A program made the translations under genes and the position numbers. The notes under the pieces were generated by a model, which saw only the letters and a program-made list of their open reading frames with translations, ran no database searches and was not told the origin of the DNA. 10,054 nucleotides of DNA, from contig NW_021827738.1 of NCBI RefSeq assembly GCF_006345805.1, positions 1-10,054 on the forward strand. Direction: 5' to 3'. The stretch is from Octopus sinensis. Its lineage: Eukaryota. Shown here one piece after another: positions 1-8,807 of the stretch (position 1 is its first letter; every line of letters begins with the position of its first letter).

Positions 1-50
1 ATTGCAGGGTGTTATGAAAAGAGATTGGGGGAATAAAATGGCGGTGGCTC

Positions 51-62
51 TCTATCTATATA

Positions 63-97
<35 letters not shown>

Positions 98-110
98 ATC
101 TATTATCTAT

Positions 111-149
<39 letters not shown>

Positions 150-170
150 CTCTATCTCTATCTATCTATC
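51..170. repeat. (TATC)n / (GATA)n tetranucleotide microsatellite
   Basis: Direct reading: near-perfect TATC array with a few variant units. Confidence 0.97.
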
Positions 171-183
171 GCTCCTCACCGCC

Positions 184-345
184 ATATATACATACATACA
201 TATATATATAATATATATATATATATTATATATTATATATATATTAATATATATATATATATATATATATAATATACATATATATATATATATATTGATA
301 TATACATATGTATATATACACATCTATATATGTTTATATATAGGT
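184..345. repeat. Imperfect (TA)n / AT-rich low-complexity tract
   Basis: Direct reading. Confidence 0.93.
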
Positions 346-459
346 ATTATATACATTTAATATGCCTATATACATATAATGAATGAATGTATGTAAGTAT
401 AAATGCGGATGTACATATACGTAAACATATATGTACACATTGATATATATTCATATAAT

Positions 460-487
460 TGTGTGTGCATGTGTGTGTGTGTGTGTG
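460..487. repeat. (TG)n microsatellite
   Basis: Direct reading. Confidence 0.9.
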
Positions 488-962
488 ATAAACATTCAGC
501 GCACGAGTAACGAGAAAACAAATTGTGATACAAATAAATAAAAAAATTACAAAAAGTAGAGCAAGAAAGAAGTAAAAGAAAAAAAGAGAGTAAGCAATAA
601 GAGTCATAGATGGAGTGGGGGGGGGTGGGAGGAGTGGAGGAGGTCGAAGGAGGGCTGCGATGAGGTGCGTCTTAAGGCGGATATGTTACACACAGTATTT
701 TATTCACTGTCATACAACAACATAAAAACACACCACACCTACATACTTACATACTTACCTCTGCTTGTGCATACAGGCGTACATAGGCAAGTACACACCG
801 AAATACCATCAAACATATACGCATATTCACCCTCACGTGTACTAGGCCCACACACGGGGACTCACATGCACACAGACACGCATGCACACTGAAAAATACT
901 CACGAAAACCGTTAAATACTACTCATAAAAATTCGCTGACGCACACATACAACACCATCTGC

Positions 963-1047
963 AGAGAGAGAAACAGAGAGAGAGAGAGGGGGGGAATAGA
1001 GGGAGAAATGTGCAATACTACAGACAACAACACACACACACACACAC
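963..1047. repeat. (GA)n tract (963-1007) and (CA)n tract (1029-1047)
   Basis: Direct reading. Confidence 0.85.
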
Positions 1048-1415
1048 AGAAAGCATGGCCCAGTTTACGATGTAAAACGAAACTACTAGCACATCTAATC
1101 ATTTCGCCATCAAATGAGTTGCCTGATAAGTAAGATTCGCCATCTCTCATCAATTCTGTGGCATGGCAGACGAGTTCGCTCTGAGAGGCAACCCTCTACA
1201 CACGTACACGCCACCACACGTCACCACACGCCGCCCACACACGGCACCTGCCTTGGGAAGAAATCTGTTTATTTACCAAAAACTAATCATATTGTTCCAC
1301 TTTTTATTCACTTGAGTAATTTAATAACGATTTAGACAGAATGACGTCACAACACCTTAGATTCATCTCTCTTTCCCTCTCCCCTCATTCTGTTTGCTCT
1401 CCTTCTTTGTCACTC

Positions 1416-1700
1416 CCTACACACATACATACATATATACATACATACACACATACATACATATACATATTCACTTATAGGTACACGTATGTACATAAAC
1501 ATATACGTACATATACACACACATATACATTCGTACGTACATATTATGTGTGTATATACATACATGCTTACACACTCACATACACACACACATATATATA
1601 TATATGTATCACATACATACATACAGGCATACTTATGTGCATGCAGTCTCTCTCTCCCTCTCTCACACAAACACATATGCATGCATATAAATGTACATAC
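1416..1700. repeat. Degenerate (TACA)n/(CA)n/(TA)n low-complexity tract
   Basis: Direct reading. Mixed CATA, CACA and TATA units. Confidence 0.85.
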
Positions 1701-1712
1701 ATCTGCAAATCC

Positions 1713-1743
1713 CTATCTATTAAATATCTATCTATCTATCTAT

Positions 1744-1793
<50 letters not shown>

Positions 1794-1842
1794 TATCTAT
1801 TATTATCTATCTATCTATCTGTTATCTATCTGTCTATCTATA

Positions 1843-1881
<39 letters not shown>

Positions 1882-1895
1882 TATCTATCTATCTG

Positions 1896-1974
<79 letters not shown>

Positions 1975-1981
1975 GCCTATT

Positions 1982-2031
<50 letters not shown>
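1713..2031. repeat. Long (TATC)n microsatellite with TAT/TGTC interruptions
   Basis: Direct reading; about 320 bp. Confidence 0.97.
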
Positions 2032-2403
2032 ATTAACGAAGCAGCACGTTTGTGTACTAAAATTATTCCAATACATTCTTGCTTCTCGTCAAACTAAATG
2101 GAAATGTTTAAGGAACCGGACCAAACTGATCAATTCTAAATACCAAACTACCGAGGCCTCAGATCTGTAGAGTTTCCTATAACACTGAAACGTGCATACA
2201 CACCAGGAAATAATTTCCGGATGTTTAAGTACTTTACATAACCTGTCACATGTTATCACACGTTATCACATTGTATACGCCTTTATACTGGATATATACG
2301 TATATTGCAGGTTGGCGTCGTCTTATCAAACTTGCTTTGGGAATTCTCGATATTGCTGTTGATCTTGTACCGCGACAGATAATCTCAGAGGACTTCGATC
2401 CCT

Positions 2404-2574
2404 TTTTCTTTGACTTGTTGTAGTCTTTGGAGCGTTTAATCGAATTTATCGGTCTCAGTAAGTACTTAACTTTTAAAGTTTTGTACTTATTCTGTCGGTT
2501 TCTTTTTGTCGAACCGTTAAGTTGCAGGGCTATAAACAAACCAACATCAGTGGTCGGATACAAGCACAAGGGTA

Positions 2575-2607
<33 letters not shown>

Positions 2608-2781
2608 ACACACTCACACCACACACACACCACACCACCACACACACACAACACCACACACACACGCACACACACCACACACACACACACACTCACACAC
2701 ACTCACACAACACACCACACACACACACACACAACACACACACACACACACACACACACACCACAAATCACACACACAACA

Positions 2782-2818
<37 letters not shown>

Positions 2819-2977
2819 ACACCACACTCACACACATGTATTCAGTTTCCGTCCACGAAATCCGCTGACGAAGCTTTGGTTGGTCTGGCGATACAGTAGA
2901 TTGTACGCAGTGCGACTGAACCCAGGACCCGATAGATGGGAAGCAAGCCTCTTATCACACGACTAACCTCACGCTTA
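2404..2977 (-). mobile_element. Family-1 tRNA-derived SINE, diverged copy with expanded internal (CA)n
   Basis: 2483-2550 (gtacttattctgtcggtt...gaaccgttaagtt...ataaacaaaccaacatc) aligns to 8910-8975. 2840-2977 (ttcagtttcc...gctttggt...gactgaaccc...aagcaagc...acgcttata) aligns to 9054-9209. Several small deletions relative to the 8808-9207 copy. Confidence 0.8.
2574..2836. repeat. Imperfect (CA)n inside the family-1 SINE
   Basis: Direct reading; lies between the two homologous SINE halves. Confidence 0.97.
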
Positions 2978-3174
2978 TATATTTCAACTACATTTTAAAT
3001 ATATATATTTGAATCGCTTTCACCGTTCATCGCAAACAGACAAACAAATGACAACTTCACAGCAAATATCCATTTGAATTTAATTCATGTGAACCACCCT
3101 TCATCCGTTCGTAATTTTTGTGATTAGCAATGTTATAATTGTCGGTTGCCAGAAATTTCCGGGTTGGGGAAACA

Positions 3175-3364
3175 TGAGATGGTCAGGTAAATTGCATTGC
3201 ACTATCGTTTGTTCCAATCTTTAAGTTCTGAGTTCAAATCCCGCCGAAGTCAATTTTTATTGCAATCCTTCCGGAGTCAATAAAATAAAGTACGAGCCTA
3301 GTACTGAGGTCAGGAGTATCAGCTAACATTATCCTAGGAGCCTTGTGTCTATACCAGAAACTGG
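3175..3364 (+). mobile_element. Family-2 tRNA-derived SINE, diverged monomer
   Basis: tctttaagttctgagttcaaatcccgccgaagtcaa...ggagtcaataaaataaagtac (3218-3293) aligns to 4039-4114 and 4224-4300. B-box-like GAGTTCAAATCCC is intact. Followed by an (ATT)n tail. The 5' boundary is uncertain. Confidence 0.7.
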
Positions 3365-3387
3365 TATTATTATTATTATTATTATTA

Positions 3388-3438
<51 letters not shown>

Positions 3439-3443
3439 CATTA
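3365..3443. repeat. (ATT)n microsatellite, probable retroposon tail
   Basis: Direct reading; immediately 3' of a family-2 SINE. Confidence 0.97.
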
Positions 3444-3978
3444 TAGAGTCAGAGTGGATCGCATACAATCAAAGTGAAACTGGGGTAAAATTATACGAGG
3501 CCCACTATACCCCTCATGACTAGCCGTCTGATAAGGGTTACCAGATACGAGTATCACAACCGTATGCGCACCACATGGTGATCTTATATCAAGACAAACA
3601 GCGCATGAACTTGCAGATGGGGTTCTGAATTTTCTTCAGGTTGAGTAGCCCATCCTGCTTAAAAGGTTCCTAAATAAGGTTTATTTAAGGATGATGAACA
3701 GAACACCTGTTTTCAGAGGTGAATTATCCAAACCCTCGACACATGGCTATGATGCTCCCCCACTACTTCTGCTCGTGATCAGAGATACACATATCGTCAG
3801 CCACTAAGGGACATGCTCAACTGGTTAAGGTAAAACAACTGACAGCAAATCTGTGGTATTGAGCAGAATATTTGCTGTAGTCCATCTTTTATAACAAGAC
3901 AAAACAATGTACATGATAACACTTCCAATCAGTTAAGATCAGAAGCCATGGAAGTGACTGCCGGGTATTGCATCAGAG
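3444..3978 (-). mobile_element. Unclassified ~530-bp interspersed repeat (no tRNA head; possibly a non-autonomous retroposon, LINE UTR or solo-LTR-like unit)
   Basis: High-complexity non-coding block bounded by (ATT)n on the left, which would be an (AAT)n tail on the minus strand, and by a SINE head on the right. Single copy in this window. Repeat status and strand rest on my recollection of similar octopus sequence plus the tail inference. Confidence 0.5.
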
Positions 3979-3980
3979 TG

Positions 3981-4382
3981 GTATGGACTGGCAGAATCGT
4001 TAGCACAGTGGGAAAAATGCTTAGCGGTATTTCGTCCGTCTTTACGTTCTGAGTTCATAATTCGGCCGAGGTAGACTTTGCCTTTCATCCTATCGGGGTC
4101 AATTAAATAAGTACCAGTTACGCACTGGGGTCGATATAATCGACTTAATCCGTTTATCTGTCCTTGTTTGTCCTCTCTGTGTTTAGCACCTTGTGGGTAG
4201 TAAAGAAATTGGGATTTCGTCCGTCTTTACGTTCTGAGTTGAAATTCTGCCGAAGTAGACTTTTCCTTTCATCCTTTCCCGAGTCAATTAAATAAGGACC
4301 ACTTGAGTACTGTAGTCGATGTAATCGACCAACATCTTCCACCAGAATTGCTGGTTTTCTGCCAACATTTGAAACCAATATT
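3981..4382 (+). mobile_element. Family-2 tRNA-derived SINE, dimeric (internally duplicated) copy
   Basis: A-box-like TGGCAGAATCG at 3989-3999 and degenerate B-box GAGTTCATAATTC at 4051. Two 116-bp direct repeats (4029-4144 and 4214-4329) whose first 27 nt are identical. (ATT)n tail follows. Homologous to the reverse complement of 5143-5364. Confidence 0.88.
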
Positions 4383-4386
4383 GCTG

Positions 4387-4389
<3 letters not shown>

Positions 4390-4477
<88 letters not shown>
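4390..4477. repeat. (ATT)n microsatellite, SINE tail
   Basis: Direct reading. Confidence 0.97.
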
Positions 4478-5142
4478 CGTTATTGACATGAATGTTTTTA
4501 TTAGGAATTAATATCCTGCTCAACTCACTCTTATTCCCATCTACTCTCATCTACCCCCAATACACATATAAAAATCCATCTGTTTTAAATTCACCGAAGC
4601 AATTCGTATCATCTTACTCGTTTATCAAAACTTCCACCACAATTCCGCGAGCTGGAATTAAATATAATTTGAAGCTCCATATTCCATATCCAGGTTCCTT
4701 CTTTCTCCCGTCTACCAAACTCTTCAATTTTCTGGTCTCTAATCAGACTGCATAACACATTTGTCACGGTGAACCATGTCCCAGGGTAATCCTATATTTT
4801 AATATATCCCGTTCTTTATGAAACCATATTAATGATCTTATCACAGATAACATAACCTGAATATTTAATATATTTAATTAGGTGACGACATTAAAATTCT
4901 GGTTCCTTTCCTTTGAGGGCGTCATGATTAGCCGTTCGTCATGAAGCACCAGTGCAGTGTAATAATTCAACTTTGAGAGTAAACCTTCTTATCTGGAGCA
5001 TACTTCTGTAAGTGAATACTTCTACCTTCTGGCAAAAGATGGCAGATCTTTTCAAACGGTAACTGATACAATTATTATACCAGACACGCAGGATCCAATT
5101 TTGGCTCCTCTGCTTTGCTTTTGTTACTCGAACTCTTTAAAC

Positions 5143-5364
5143 ATTCTGATTTCAAATTTTGACATAATGCCAGACATTTCGAAGGAGACGGTAAGTCAAT
5201 TAGATTGACCCCAGTTTTTAACTGGTACATATTTTACTAATCCTGAAAGAATGAAGGGCAAAATCGACCTCGGTGGAATTTGTATGCTGAACGCAAAGAC
5301 GGACAAAACGCCTCTAAGCATTTTCCACGGCGGATTTAACGATTCAGCCAGCCCGCCCGCCGCC
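5143..5364 (-). mobile_element. Family-2 tRNA-derived SINE, monomer
   Basis: Reverse complement reads ggcggcgggcgggctggctgaatcgtta...aaaatgcttagaggcgttttgtccgtctttgcgttc...aaattccaccgaggtcgattttgcccttcattctttc...gtaccagtt...ctggggtcaatctaattgactt...aaaatttgaaatcagaat. It is collinear with the head (3985-4146) and the tail (4340-4382) of the dimeric copy. Confidence 0.88.
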
Positions 5365-5883
5365 TTAGAATCGGTAGAAATATTAATTATTATATGTTGC
5401 ATAAAATTAATTACACACTGTAGATAAAATTATAGATTACGCTCTATAGACAACCCTTACTCCTATCACGTAACTTTCGGATATATTTAACACTTCTTCC
5501 CCCATTAAATAAGACACACGAAATCCAGTCGTCCACGCATTCACAACCTTTCTCAGTTCTTTACAATCTTCTCTCTGATTATATAATTTTACTGCTGATT
5601 TCTCGGTAAATTAATTCTTGGCTCAGTTACAAAAGTTTCTCACCTTCTTCTGATAACCCCCACCACCACCAAACTAGTGATGATATTGAATTCAGTAATT
5701 TATGCATACATGTATATTTTTCGAATGTAGAAAGACTAAGTTTCCTTCAACACATTAGATAATTCAAACTCTACAACGTTCAACCAAGTTGTAAACTTCA
5801 ACAGGTTTTCATTGTTGAAAAGTTCTACCTTCATGTTATTTATCTGCCTATGTAGGTACGTGCATCTACAGATAAACTTAGAT

Positions 5884-6021
5884 GATATGTGTATGTATGT
5901 ATGTATGTATGTATATAGGTATGTGTGTACAAATATAAATATCATATATATAATGTATGTAAGTATATATATTTATATATATATATATATATACATGTAT
6001 GTATATATGTATATATGTATA
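5884..6021. repeat. (TATG)n/(TA)n low-complexity tract
   Basis: Direct reading. Confidence 0.9.
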
Positions 6022-6175
6022 TGGCTGTGGGGTAAGTAGCTTGCTTCGCAACCACATGGTTCTGGGTTCAGTCGCACTGCATGGCATCTTGGGCAAGTGT
6101 CTGCCATTTTAGCCTCATGATGACTAAAGCCTTGTGAGTTGATTGGGCAGATGGAAAAACTGAAAGAAGCCCGTC

Positions 6176-6212
<37 letters not shown>

Positions 6213-6390
6213 TGTGTGTTTGTTTATGTGTCTGTGTTTTTCCCTCCACCATCGTTTGACAACAGCTGTCGGGGTGTTTACGTCCTCGTAACTTAGTGGT
6301 TCGGCAAATCAGGCCGATAGAGTAAGTACTAGGCTTACAAAGAATAAGTCCAGCATGGCCACAGTCAGATGACTGAAGCAAATAAAAGAA
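6022..6390 (+). mobile_element. Family-1 tRNA-derived SINE (CORE-like motif), slightly 5'-truncated, with 34-bp internal deletion
   Basis: A-box-like TGGCTGTGGGGT (6022), B-box-like GGTTCAGTC (6065) and CORE-SINE-like CTTGGGCAAGT (6088-6098). 6031-6046 is the exact reverse complement of 9171-9186. Internal (TA)n at 6177-6207. Tail cagcatggcc...gactgaagcaaataaaaga. Confidence 0.9.
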
Positions 6391-6459
6391 TATATATACA
6401 ACATGTATATATACATAGCATAAAAAAAGAGAAAGATTTTTGTCGAGTCCTACAGAATT

Positions 6460-6665
6460 CTGGGGCCGGATTCCCGGCGTCCGCGCTGTGTATGGGTTGT
6501 CGGTCTGCAATAGGACTACTCGTTGTTACCAGCATTAGAAAGCGAAAGATTGGGTGGCGGGGCTTTCACAATTGAGTGTGCGGCGGCTCGTTTGCTTAAA
6601 ACCCTTCAAGGCATTGCATCAGCATGGTCGTAGTCCAATGACTGAAACTAGTTATAGATCAAAGA
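6460..6665 (+). mobile_element. Diverged SINE-like relic with a different 5' part and a family-1-type 3' tail
   Basis: 6620-6665 (cagcatggtcgtagtccaatgactgaaactagttatagatcaaaga) repeats 6351-6390. 6533-6600 weakly aligns to the family-1 3' body. The 5' part ggccggattcccggc resembles a degenerate T-arm/B-box. Confidence 0.55.
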
Positions 6666-6668
6666 ACC

Positions 6669-6671
<3 letters not shown>

Positions 6672-6700
<29 letters not shown>

Positions 6701-6731
6701 GCACGCACGCACGCACGCATGCACGAATGCA
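6672..6731. repeat. (CA)n followed by (GCAC)n
   Basis: Direct reading. Confidence 0.92.
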
Positions 6732-7020
6732 CGCAGGCAAGCACGCGCACATATCTGTTTCAAAATCCATGGAACTGTCTTGTGTCAAACAACCTTGAAT
6801 TCTACGATGAAATTAAAGAATCGCGAAGATAAATGTTATAACTCACGGAAATACACATCCACGCATGTTCATACATTGTCATACATACAAACATACGGGT
6901 ACAGTGAAAGAGAGTAAGACATTCCATATACACGCGTGTAGAAACGCAAACACATGGGTGTATATATACGAATCAAAACATGCGGATATACACACGCGAC
7001 AACGTTCGATGCCTGTGCCA

Positions 7021-7048
7021 AAAAACAAAAACAAAAACAAAACAAAAC
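7021..7048. repeat. (AAAAC)n-like repeat
   Basis: Direct reading. Confidence 0.85.
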
Positions 7049-7099
7049 CACGCAATTTTCTTTTTATACTTACGCACGCCTACATACATACAGAGAAAC

Positions 7100-7180
7100 G
7101 TGTGCGTGCGTGTCTGTGTTTGTGTATATATATATACACACATATATATATATATATATATACATATATATATACATATA
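7100..7180. repeat. (TG)n/(TA)n tract
   Basis: Direct reading. Confidence 0.9.
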
Positions 7181-7424
7181 AAATAGTGTACGTTTAAACA
7201 CAAGAGAAAACTGCCTTCAACAGGCGGTTTTACACGCTAGAAGAAGTAGTCAAAACGACCAAAACCACATTTAAGAGCAATCTTCAAAAGGAATGAAAAA
7301 TAAGAACTTTTACCTTGTTATGTTCACTATTTTATATTTGAGAATATGTTGTCCATTGACTTTTTATGCAAGCTAGGCCACACTGCTGGTGAAATTTCTA
7401 AAAAAACTCTCTATCCTATCTTTT

Positions 7425-7754
7425 ACATATATATATATGTATACATGTATGTATATGTATATACGCATGTGTACATATACATACATATACGTACATACAT
7501 TCATTCGCACATCTACCTACTTGCATGCATGATTTCATTTGCACGTATATTTTTACATGCATATGCACACATATATATGCTCACTCATTGATACATACGT
7601 ATATATACCAACATCCATACATGCATACAAATATGCAGTCATATACATATAGAAATATGTACGTATATACATATCTGTGTGTGCGTGTGTGTGTTTTGTG
7701 TGTGGAGTGTTATTTTGTGTGTGTATGTGAGTATATATATAAATACATATAACC

Positions 7755-7785
<31 letters not shown>

Positions 7786-7850
7786 TAAATGAATGTATGT
7801 ATATATGTATATATACACATATAGTAACATGGATGGATATACATGCATAT
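7425..7850. repeat. Degenerate TA/CA/TG low-complexity region
   Basis: Direct reading. Confidence 0.85.
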
Positions 7851-7978
7851 GTACCATGTAAGTATTTAGCGTAGTTAACCAGATTCCAAGAACGGAACTT
7901 GGTTTCTTTGTTTGGAAACCGATTCTTGTTTATAGGAAGAATTGAAAGAGCTAAAAAACTAAATACACCAAACACACC

Positions 7979-8089
7979 CACCTACCTACCTACCTACCTA
8001 CCTACCTACCTACCTACCTACCTACCTACCTACCTACCTACCCACTTACCTACCTACCTACCTACCTACCTACTTACCTGCCTACCTAC
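7979..8089. repeat. (CCTA)n tetranucleotide microsatellite
   Basis: Direct reading. Confidence 0.96.
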
Positions 8090-8094
8090 TTGCG

Positions 8095-8328
8095 TACATA
8101 CATACATATATGCATACATACATAATACATACATATATACATACATTCATGTATACATGCAGAAATATATACCAATAAATAAATACCATATATATATATA
8201 TACATACATATATATACACATATATACATATATATATATATATAATATATATATATATTATGTATATATATATGTATATACATGTATATATATAGTATAT
8301 ATATGTATATGTGTGTAAATATATGTAA

Positions 8329-8363
<35 letters not shown>

Positions 8364-8365
8364 TT
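8095..8365. repeat. (TACA)n/(TA)n low-complexity tract
   Basis: Direct reading. Confidence 0.9.
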
Positions 8366-8807
8366 TGTATATATTACAAACACTGTTTGTTTTGAACATG
8401 TATTATTAATGTAGATTTGTATTGATTATATTTAAACATTTTAGACAATACACACATTTTCTCTTGAATTCATGTATTGAGCACAATTGATTGTTTATGC
8501 GACAAAAAAACAAATATTTACATATACAAACGCTAACACATATAATCACATAGATATACGCATACACATGCTAATACACATGCTCACACACACACACAAA
8601 CAGATACCAGTATTAACGCAATGAAAAGAAATCTATGTCCTCGGCTCGGAAGGTGAGTGTCTCCTGCCACAACTTTTTTATCCACTCCAGTTTGGCTTTA
8701 AAATACTGACGAAAAGAGTTATGCATTGGTCACCTTGGAGGACACCTCTTTTTCTGCAAATAGGCTGAGTTAATAACATTTCAATTTATTTTACATTTAT
8801 TTTTTAG

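Noticed and set aside
612-650. G-rich run (G9, GGG, several GG) as a G-quadruplex
   Set aside because: It cannot supply four separate GGG tracts, so at best a weak two-tier G4.
2242-2270. Short tandem (gttatcaca)x2 and nearby GGAAAT-A-ATTTCC palindrome (2206-2218)
   Set aside because: Too short. Expected from slippage or chance.
3735-3805. Minus-strand CTGACGA as a hammerhead ribozyme core (Penelope/retrozyme-like)
   Set aside because: No GAAA after a stem II, and no UH site followed by a stem I partner.
4029-4329. Direct repeats or regular arrays as a CRISPR-like system
   Set aside because: Only two 116-bp units inside a SINE, with no repeat-spacer array or cas genes, in a eukaryotic context.
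4492-4755. 87-aa non-repetitive ORF or possible LINE relic
   Set aside because: No RT or endonuclease motifs in any frame I translated on either strand, and the minus-strand frames have frequent stops.
5797-5877. Small hairpins TTCAACA/TGTTGAA and TTTATCTG/CAGATAAA
   Set aside because: Short AT-rich stems are common by chance and have no supporting context.
6533-6600. Possible A-to-G hyper-edited retrocopy (ataagta to ttgggtgg)
   Set aside because: Alignment to the family-1 body shows mixed substitution types. The A>G excess is not convincing.
8621-8690. Strong donor AAG|GTGAGT (8653) plus acceptor-like TTTTTATCCACTCCAG (8690)
   Set aside because: The implied intron is only 38 nt, there is no good upstream acceptor, and the frames are short with no recognisable product.
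8706-8760. CTGACGA followed by an AAAAGAG/CTCTTTT stem as a hammerhead
   Set aside because: The required GAAA after stem II is absent (TCTGCAAA).
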